A DNA stretch of 54,196 bases from a virus (Duplodnaviria > Caudoviricetes), in IMG/VR virus record IMGVR_UViG_3300045741_000133, positions 1 to 54,196 of that record. One strand, 5' to 3'. The first letter of the stretch is position 1. Each line of letters starts with the position of its first letter. The translations under genes were made by a program, and so were the position numbers. This document shows positions 47,723-54,196 of the stretch, in pieces. A model generated the notes under the pieces. That model made no database searches. It was not told the origin of the DNA and saw only the letters and a program-made list of their open reading frames with translations.

Positions 47723-47934
47723 TTCATGGACGAAGAAGTGAGCGATGTTCTTAAAGTAAAGGTGGTTCCATAGCGGTGTGTCGACCGGACCGAATGGGCC
47801 ATAAAAATCGAGATGCGGGTTTTGGCGCTCCCGAAAAGCACTGAATGAGACGCTTACGGACACCGTTGCAACAGGACCGTGGGGTCAGCGAGGTGAAAGA
47901 CTCGTTACTTAGTATCTTGGTTCTTAGGATAGCA

Positions 47935-48052
47935 CAGAGGTAGCTTAACGGGTAAAGCCCGTCATTGGAAGGCTGAGACGCTCGAGTCGGACCTCAAACG
48001 TAGGAGCAGATCACGCTGGACGGAGATTGTGCGTTCGAGTCGCACCCTCTGC
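47935..48052 (+). ncRNA. tRNA-like RNA with a 55-nt anticodon loop (possibly Pro-UGG derived)
   Basis: Acceptor CAGAGG/CCTCTG, D arm GCTT/AAGC, anticodon stem CCGTC/GACGG, T arm GTGCG-TTCGAGT-CGCAC. Confidence 0.7.
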
Positions 48053-48063
48053 CTAAGTTTTCT

Positions 48064-48498
48064 TCAAGGCTTGAACCATCTGGTTCCGCCTGGCTTGTAT
48101 GACCCAAACGGTTGGTTCTGGAAGTGGACCCAGTTTAGGTTGCCGTCCTCGCAGAATAGATTAGCTTCCTCAAGGGCTGCCTGACCCTCAGGAGTGTTCT
48201 TCATCCACTTAGTCAAGGCTAGAACTGGGTCTGCGATGTCTACGGCGGCTGCGCTCGTCACGTTCTCGAGATGCTTGGACTTCATAGGGATCTTCGATTG
48301 ATCGGTGATGCCCTTCTGAGCGTAGATTCGTAAGTGATCCTTAAGCGTGCGAACTCCAGAAGTAACGCTCATAGCCTTACCCCACTTAGCGCGGATGATG
48401 TTCACCCGATCGGTGAGGTCTTGGCACTGCTCGAGCTTCTTAGGATCGAGAGCAGACTCGTCGATGTCGGTGTGGATGATCTCCTTGAGCGTCATCAT
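48064..48498 (-). CDS. Peptidase M15-family endolysin
   Basis: VTSGVR, SKH...AVDI, WVHFQ zinc motifs; follows the tail genes. Confidence 0.8.
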   Translation of the reverse strand: MMTLKEIIHTDIDESALDPKKLEQCQDLTDRVNIIRAKWGKAMSVTSGVRTLKDHLRIYAQKGITDQSKIPMKSKHLENVTSAAAVDIADPVLALTKWMKNTPEGQAALEEANLFCEDGNLNWVHFQNQPFGSYKPGGTRWFKP

Positions 48499-48839
48499 GA
48501 CTTGAGCCTCATCAAGCGCTTAGACTCTATGATCGGCTGCTCTACGAACTTAGGGAGCACCTTTTGCTCGCCGTCCTCATCTAAGATAGGCTCTCCGTCG
48601 TCGTCGAACGCGAGCTCGGTTCCTGATTGAACCATCTCGCATCCGCACTGGACCTCGCCGTCGTACGGCTCTAGGTTTGACAGAGGTTCTGATGCTAGAT
48701 TCGCTGGTATCAACACGTGCTCGAACTGGCTGGAGTCGTCCCAAGGACCACCGAAGCGGTTGGTTCCTTGCTCTGGACGACTAGACTCATAAGATGTAGC
48801 TACTGATTGATCTCGCTTTGAGACGATGGCGAACTTCAC
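48495..48839 (-). CDS. Hypothetical tail-associated protein
   Basis: GTG start at 48839 behind AGGAGG. Confidence 0.55.
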   Translation of the reverse strand: MKFAIVSKRDQSVATSYESSRPEQGTNRFGGPWDDSSQFEHVLIPANLASEPLSNLEPYDGEVQCGCEMVQSGTELAFDDDGEPILDEDGEQKVLPKFVEQPIIESKRLMRLKS

Positions 48840-48840
48840 G

Positions 48841-51168
48841 TTAGACCTCCTTAACCCTGAGAAGCTTGCTAGCGCCGACGATGTTACTCGTTCCTGCAAG
48901 AACGTACCAGTACACATCTACCTTGTGGATACCGGGAGCTACTTCTACTGAAGCAAACCCGCTCGAGCTGCAGATCGTTGATGATCCGTTCGGAGTGTCG
49001 AACTGGACTGGAGCACCAACTAGAACTCCGTTTACGGCAGCTTGGAAGTATGTTCTTCCGGCGCCGGCAGCTTGGTTGTTCGTGAATGACACAGACCAGC
49101 TTATCTCTAGAACGCTTCGCTTACCGTCAGCGCCTGAAGGAACTATGAGGGTCATCTCAGGTACCGGAACTGGGGTGGTGAACGTTGTTGAGTATCCAGT
49201 GGTTCCAAGCGTCATAGACCAAGACTTGCGAGAAGGATGAGTGCTAGGCGTAAGCTTAGCGCTGGTGCTGATGGAGCCGGTTCCGATCGGACTCTCGTTG
49301 TTGATGCAGCCGCCTTGGATGTTGCGGTAGGTATGAACCAAGCTTGCGATGTGCAAGCCCTGGAAGGTGAAGTTACCGGTGCCAGCCGTCTTCTGGATGG
49401 AGATGGTGTGGAGACCATACGACAAGCCGCTGAACTCGATGCGCACTGGTAGGTTTCCTTGAGCGCTGTTGGTGCTGCGGTACGATCCGCTGCCCAAGTT
49501 GCTTGCGTTAGACCTAGCTACACCAGTCGCGTTAAGGACGGTGTCCACGGTGACGGTGAAGTCGTATGTGCCAGCGACTGACGATGCCATGTGTAGCAGA
49601 AACGCGTTACCGATGAACGCATATGTGATCGGCTGAGTGTTATTCGCCAGCGTGGTAGTGCTGAGACCAGCAATGATGTTAGGATCGATCGAGAAGAACT
49701 GCTGGTTGGCGCCGATGTAGATGAACTCACGCATCGGAGCCTTGAACAGCCCGCCGACCGGCATCTGCATGTTGTCGATCAGAGTCGTGCCAGTTACACC
49801 AGATCCGTCAAACGTAGCCATCATGCAGTAGTCCGCTAGCTCAACCGCGTTGGCTGGGATAGCCGGCTTCTTCGGCTGGTAAACCAACCACTGCCAGATC
49901 TGCATCGCGATACCGGTGAAGTTCGTGCACATGATCTTAACCGTGTGAGATCCGTACTGAAGTCCTGAGGCTATCTTTAATGTTCTGTCTTTAGCAAGTC
50001 CGGTGACACCGGTCTGAACCGTTACGCCGTCCACTATGATCGAGTACGCGCAGGCGACCGTGCCTTGGGAGACGTACCTGAGATCGACTCCGGAGCCCAC
50101 GAAGGTGAAGGTGATGAAGTCGTTAGTGGCGTTAGAGAACAAGCCACCGACGCTCGAGCCACCGCCTAGATCGGCGATCGCGTTCGTCGACGAGACCATC
50201 GTGGTGGTACCGTCAGCGAGAGTGAACGCGTTGAGCTTAGCTGTGGTGGTCAAGGTGTTGAAGTCGTCCGTGCGACCGATACCGAACTCTCTCCAGTGGA
50301 TCGGCGCCCTAGCTAGCTCCTCGTTAGAGTGGTCGGCAGAGGTGTAGAAAGCGGCACTAGAGTTTACTTGGTTGATGACCTTGCCGATCGTTCCAGATTG
50401 GCTGATGTACTCGATCACGCGTCCGCCGCGGCCGTTCAGCGACGGGTTACCGTCGAACGACGCGTTGTAGGCCACCGACTGAGCCGTAGCGCTGTTGTAC
50501 TTGGACCCGTTAGCGATGATCTCGCCCTGAGGGGTTTTTACGTTGACGGACTCGTTCAAGATCTCGATGCCGCACATAGAGATGACTGAGGATGCGACGC
50601 GGATCTTTACGGTATGGAGGCCGTAAGCAAGATTGCTGACGATCGGGGTCAGCAGGTTAGCGGAGTACAGCCGGTTTCCTAGGACGTCGGCGTGTACAGT
50701 GAACAAGTTACCGCTCTCAGTTCCGCCGTCTACGGTAGCTCTGAAGTCCCGAGCACTACCCGCGGAGATCTGGAGCAAGTTAAGACCAGTTCCCATGAAA
50801 GCGATTTCGATATAGTCGTTCGCGAATAGGGACTGCAGGTAGCGACCGTAGGTGCTCTGCTTTACGACTTCCCAGCTGCCGACGAACCTGATGCGCCCGG
50901 TGTCGTCGTTCATGGCTCCGTAAACGTTCTCGCCGTTGGCCCCGCGCTCGTTCTCCATCAGAACCAGGTCGTGAGTCATGATGCGCTCTACTGCGATCGC
51001 GGGTCTGAGAGTCTTCGAGGGGTCTGGAAGCTGTCGAACCGAGCCGGATAGGTCGGTGACGGTCGAGTTTGGTGCTGAGATCATCGGAGGATTAACGAAC
51101 GACAAGCTTGCTGAGTTCAGCGAGTTGATCTCTCCGAGGGCCGTTAACTTTGCTTTTTGCTTTGCCAT
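48841..51168 (-). CDS. Tail fibre / receptor-binding protein with three repeated carbohydrate-binding-like modules
   Basis: Three FxGx...VD...L-x-YG-x-HT-[VI] repeats; beta-rich. Confidence 0.7.
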   Translation of the reverse strand: MAKQKAKLTALGEINSLNSASLSFVNPPMISAPNSTVTDLSGSVRQLPDPSKTLRPAIAVERIMTHDLVLMENERGANGENVYGAMNDDTGRIRFVGSWEVVKQSTYGRYLQSLFANDYIEIAFMGTGLNLLQISAGSARDFRATVDGGTESGNLFTVHADVLGNRLYSANLLTPIVSNLAYGLHTVKIRVASSVISMCGIEILNESVNVKTPQGEIIANGSKYNSATAQSVAYNASFDGNPSLNGRGGRVIEYISQSGTIGKVINQVNSSAAFYTSADHSNEELARAPIHWREFGIGRTDDFNTLTTTAKLNAFTLADGTTTMVSSTNAIADLGGGSSVGGLFSNATNDFITFTFVGSGVDLRYVSQGTVACAYSIIVDGVTVQTGVTGLAKDRTLKIASGLQYGSHTVKIMCTNFTGIAMQIWQWLVYQPKKPAIPANAVELADYCMMATFDGSGVTGTTLIDNMQMPVGGLFKAPMREFIYIGANQQFFSIDPNIIAGLSTTTLANNTQPITYAFIGNAFLLHMASSVAGTYDFTVTVDTVLNATGVARSNASNLGSGSYRSTNSAQGNLPVRIEFSGLSYGLHTISIQKTAGTGNFTFQGLHIASLVHTYRNIQGGCINNESPIGTGSISTSAKLTPSTHPSRKSWSMTLGTTGYSTTFTTPVPVPEMTLIVPSGADGKRSVLEISWSVSFTNNQAAGAGRTYFQAAVNGVLVGAPVQFDTPNGSSTICSSSGFASVEVAPGIHKVDVYWYVLAGTSNIVGASKLLRVKEV

Positions 51169-51197
51169 GTTTATCCTCTAAGTATATTATATCTCAA

Positions 51198-52292
51198 TTA
51201 AAATCGAGCGTCAGCTGACCAGTGAAAGCGACATGCTGTGTTAGCCGTTAGTCCAGTTCTTTCTACTGAATTTCCGCTATCGGAAGTAGCTACGTTTACT
51301 ATGGACACGTTGCCGCTACCATCGGTAGCTAACGGAGTAGACGTACTGCCGGTGTTCGGGTTATAGTACGTCATAGTAGGCGTTGCTCGCTTAGCTTCTT
51401 TGAATTGTATCCAGCTCCAAAATATGCCAGTACCAGCGGAATAACCGCGTGTAGCTCCATCGAAATCATTCGATCCTCCGGCAACTCCAGGAACCGTAGA
51501 TAACGAGTAGCTCTTCTCGTAGTACCTTCTAGTTTTAATTAGCTCTTCCTGGAAGTTCCTTCCCGTCCTCAAAAAGGTATACTGGCTAGTATTGGTGGCC
51601 AGGGAGGACCAGTCGCCCGACAGAATCATCACGCCGGACAGGCTGAAGTCGTGGTTCGTTCCAGTCAGCCAGGTCGTGTCTTCGCCTGTAACCTGGAAGA
51701 ACTGGCCCGACAGCCACGAGCCCTGGGTGGAGCTCTGGTAGGTGGAGCCTGACACTATGTTCCAGTTTACCTGGAGGCCCAGCCCGTTCGTGCGGTTGAT
51801 GCTGGCCGGCGACGTACTCAAGGCTGGGAACTTGATGGCCTTGAGCTCCCACGTGTTGGCTGCCGAGATCGAGTACTGCTTGAGGTAAGAGTGCGTGGAG
51901 TTGGCGTACAGACCGACCGTTCTGCTGGATGCCACTGACGACTTAACCCAGAAGACCAGCGTCCACTCGGACTGGAACATCTTCAGTGTGTCGTAGCCCT
52001 CTACAAAATAGGACTTCACGATCGCCGTGTTCGCAGCCAAAGTGCCGGCCGCGGTCTTCGCTGACTGGCTGGAGAACGGGGCGTTCGAGCTGACCGGGAC
52101 TGAGGCTTGCTGAGACTCGGTGACGGTTGCGCCCGAGTTCAGGTTCGAGAGCTTCATCAAAACTGACCCGTATTTGGCCGCGTTAGAAACGGCTATCGAG
52201 GTTCCCTCGGGCCACACCTCGAAGCCGCCGTCGATGATGATGTTTGGCTCGAGTCGATTCAGTCTTGGGGTTAGTTGTTTTTTATTTCCCAT
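51198..52292 (-). CDS. Tail fibre protein
   Basis: NIIIDGGFEVW start, EELIKTRRYYEKSY motif, KRATPT, ends ADARF. Confidence 0.7.
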   Translation of the reverse strand: MGNKKQLTPRLNRLEPNIIIDGGFEVWPEGTSIAVSNAAKYGSVLMKLSNLNSGATVTESQQASVPVSSNAPFSSQSAKTAAGTLAANTAIVKSYFVEGYDTLKMFQSEWTLVFWVKSSVASSRTVGLYANSTHSYLKQYSISAANTWELKAIKFPALSTSPASINRTNGLGLQVNWNIVSGSTYQSSTQGSWLSGQFFQVTGEDTTWLTGTNHDFSLSGVMILSGDWSSLATNTSQYTFLRTGRNFQEELIKTRRYYEKSYSLSTVPGVAGGSNDFDGATRGYSAGTGIFWSWIQFKEAKRATPTMTYYNPNTGSTSTPLATDGSGNVSIVNVATSDSGNSVERTGLTANTACRFHWSADARF

Positions 52293-52293
52293 T

Positions 52294-52806
52294 TTATAGT
52301 CCTAGCGCTTGCTTGATGGTTTGAGTCTCAGTCCAGCCGACGATCGGTACTCTTACTCTTAGCTGCAGGGTGTTGCCTGCGCCGAAAGTCACCGGAGCCG
52401 CTTGATTCACGTTCGACAGAGCACCGCCGGTAGTAGACTGATACGCGAAGAGTATCGTACTAGACGTGATCGGGATCCCATGAAACAGTATTCCGCCGCC
52501 CGAGATACCCTCGCCACTTCCAACGATGTTCGACGTAGGACTCATCAACTTTGACTGATCGATAGTGAAGCCGGTAGGCATGTTGACGGTCAGAGAAGTA
52601 GCCGTAGGAGCTCCGGACAACGTCAATAAGTAGTCTATGAACATCCATCGACCCTCACGCCACCAAACGCCGGTGTATGTAGTGTTGCTGACCCACGATC
52701 CAGACGGAGTAAAGCTAGTCTGCGCGGTGATGATCGGAACTGGAGCCGCGAGGATCTGATCAATCGAGATGTTCGTGTCGTTAGAGGGTCTTCGTTTATT
52801 CGCCAT
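52294..52806 (-). CDS. Tail fibre-related protein
   Basis: G-x-W-x-R-x-G and NMPTG, VPIVGW beta-sandwich motifs. Confidence 0.6.
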   Translation of the reverse strand: MANKRRPSNDTNISIDQILAAPVPIITAQTSFTPSGSWVSNTTYTGVWWREGRWMFIDYLLTLSGAPTATSLTVNMPTGFTIDQSKLMSPTSNIVGSGEGISGGGILFHGIPITSSTILFAYQSTTGGALSNVNQAAPVTFGAGNTLQLRVRVPIVGWTETQTIKQALGL

Positions 52807-52807
52807 C

Positions 52808-54103
52808 TTATGCTCCCACGTATTCTGCGATCATGATCGCGCCGTTGTCTACGTTACCTGAGACGTGAGTGTAGGTACCAGTTCCAGTACTCATTCGAGT
52901 CTGCATCGAGAACGTTACCGGTGCTCCAGCCGTTAGCTGAACTATTGAGAACGGCATGGTAGATGTCTCCGCGCCGGTCCCGAAGATCTCAGTCATGTTA
53001 GTCACTAGAGTAGTTCCGCTGCCAGAAGTCAGGATGATCTGAGAGATGACTCGCTGTGAGGTACCGTTCAGCTGGATGTGACACGGAGCCGTCACCTTGT
53101 ACTTGCCCGTGAAGTTAGGCGTGAAAGTGATAGTCGGGCAAGAAGCATTAGTTCCGAACGTTGCCGAGCTTAAACCGCCGGTATTCGTAGTGTTGGCGGT
53201 ACCGATGTGCGTTCTTACCGTAGACTCAAGCGTAGTGATTCTAGCGTCGCGGGTTGTGTTGGACGTCTCTAGTCCCAAGACTCGATCGCCGAAGCTCTTA
53301 AGATCAGTGTTGTTTGGTGCCGCTTGAAAGTTCGACTCAGGAACCTCAGCAAGCTCCGCTACCGTAGGAACCAACGCGTCGATCTGGCCCTGGATGGTCT
53401 CCATCACTTGGAGCACGCTTCCGTTAGGCTTCTCGACCAAAGCTCCAACCGAGGTGACCACGATCAACCGATCGTTGATCGAGTCTGCCTGAAATCGTAG
53501 GATCTGGCCTAAGCCTCCGCCGGAGTCTACCTCGTAGTAGTCGCCGTCGATGCCAGCACCGAACGCGGCGTTGCCGTCGGTTCTGTAGGCTGGTTGACCG
53601 TCGATCTCTACCTTCAAGAAACCTACCTTGTAGTTAGGAAACTGGTTCACCTTGAAGGCGACGCCGACGTTGAAGTCTGTCTGACCTGCCGCGAGGGTTC
53701 CGCTGATGACGATCGGCTGACCGTCTACCAAGGTCATGCCTGACTTGACATTGTGATCGATGACGCCCTCAAAGATCTCAGCGTCTCGAGCAGCGTACAA
53801 AAGTTTGATCGTAGAAGCACCGTTCACGACGTACGACACGTTCTGGATCAGTCGTCCAGATATGGATGAGTACAAGCTCAGATTGCTCGACCACTGCATG
53901 AGGTTGGTCTGGGTGAGCTCTGAAGCATTTGGAGCCGAGTACCCGGTCACGCCGGTTGGGACCGTGAGAGACGACAGCTGGATCAGGGTGTCGCCGGAGA
54001 CCGCCTGGTGGAGGAAGCGGGTCTTCTTGTAGCCGACCGCGCCCAGCCTTGACTGGGAGTCGGACGACTTTCGGATGTAGGAGGATGTTTTGCCTGTGCT
54101 CAT
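52808..54103 (-). CDS. Tail fibre / baseplate-associated protein
   Basis: Short coiled coil (DARITTLE) plus C-terminal C1q-like head (FTPNFTGKYKV). Confidence 0.65.
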   Translation of the reverse strand: MSTGKTSSYIRKSSDSQSRLGAVGYKKTRFLHQAVSGDTLIQLSSLTVPTGVTGYSAPNASELTQTNLMQWSSNLSLYSSISGRLIQNVSYVVNGASTIKLLYAARDAEIFEGVIDHNVKSGMTLVDGQPIVISGTLAAGQTDFNVGVAFKVNQFPNYKVGFLKVEIDGQPAYRTDGNAAFGAGIDGDYYEVDSGGGLGQILRFQADSINDRLIVVTSVGALVEKPNGSVLQVMETIQGQIDALVPTVAELAEVPESNFQAAPNNTDLKSFGDRVLGLETSNTTRDARITTLESTVRTHIGTANTTNTGGLSSATFGTNASCPTITFTPNFTGKYKVTAPCHIQLNGTSQRVISQIILTSGSGTTLVTNMTEIFGTGAETSTMPFSIVQLTAGAPVTFSMQTRMSTGTGTYTHVSGNVDNGAIMIAEYVGA

Positions 54104-54104
54104 T

Positions 54105-54196
54105 TTATAAGTCCTCTATCGGAGTGTTGGACCAGCCGGCGATGGGGCATTGGAAGGAGCTGCCCTGCTGATGCGAAGTCCCGGTCAGCGCGTAGC
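54105..54196 (-). CDS. 3' end of an upstream tail-fibre-like gene (partial)
   Basis: Hand translation ...SSFQCPIAGWSNTPIEDL*, sharing the PI-x-GW motif with 52294..52806. Confidence 0.55.
   Translation of the reverse strand, partial: YALTGTSHQQGSSFQCPIAGWSNTPIEDL

Noticed and set aside
47832-47900. Hammerhead ribozyme (CTGAATGA ... GAAA)
   Set aside because: The core has an extra base relative to CUGANGA, and the three required stems could not be built.
47935-48052. tmRNA
   Set aside because: Too short, has a D stem, lacks the Ala G3:U70 acceptor and has no tag ORF.
48841-54196. Diversity-generating retroelement or invertible tail-fibre cassette
   Set aside because: No reverse transcriptase, no template/variable repeat pair differing at adenines, and no invertase or inverted cassette seen in the window.
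1-54196. Stop-codon reassignment or Z-base (purZ) genome
   Set aside because: Long genes are intact under the standard code, TAG, TGA and TAA all terminate genes, and no purZ, dATPase or other base-modification gene was recognised.

Overview
The whole window reads as one segment of a large tailed dsDNA bacteriophage genome. No integrase, rRNA or CRISPR array was found, and the standard genetic code fits. Left arm (- strand, 1-24605): portal (runs off the window), terminase, lytic transglycosylase, RuvC-like resolvase, SbcCD/gp46-47-like nuclease, RecA/UvsX, UvsY-like protein, dNMP kinase, family A DNA polymerase, primase-helicase, a frameshifted T5 A1-like gene, dCMP deaminase, class II ribonucleotide reductase and a GroEL-like chaperonin. 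An AT-rich strand switch (~24.7 kb) opens a + strand arm: SF2 helicase, nucleotidase, ThyX, exonuclease, ATP-dependent ligase and many small accessory genes. These include a matrixin lipoprotein, a type IV pilin-like gene behind a sigma28-like promoter, a c-type cytochrome, a Tat-signal protein, a NADAR-like protein, a collagen-like lipoprotein, a short beta-barrel-type protein and a tRNA-like RNA with a 55-nt anticodon loop. The right end (- strand) holds an M15 endolysin and tail-fibre genes. The envelope genes resemble those of Bdellovibrionota-type hosts (inference only). The most intriguing items are the sigma28/pilin envelope module, a mini-uORF plus hairpin controlling a small basic protein, and the tRNA-like RNA. 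All protein calls rest on motifs recognised by eye; no database searches were run.
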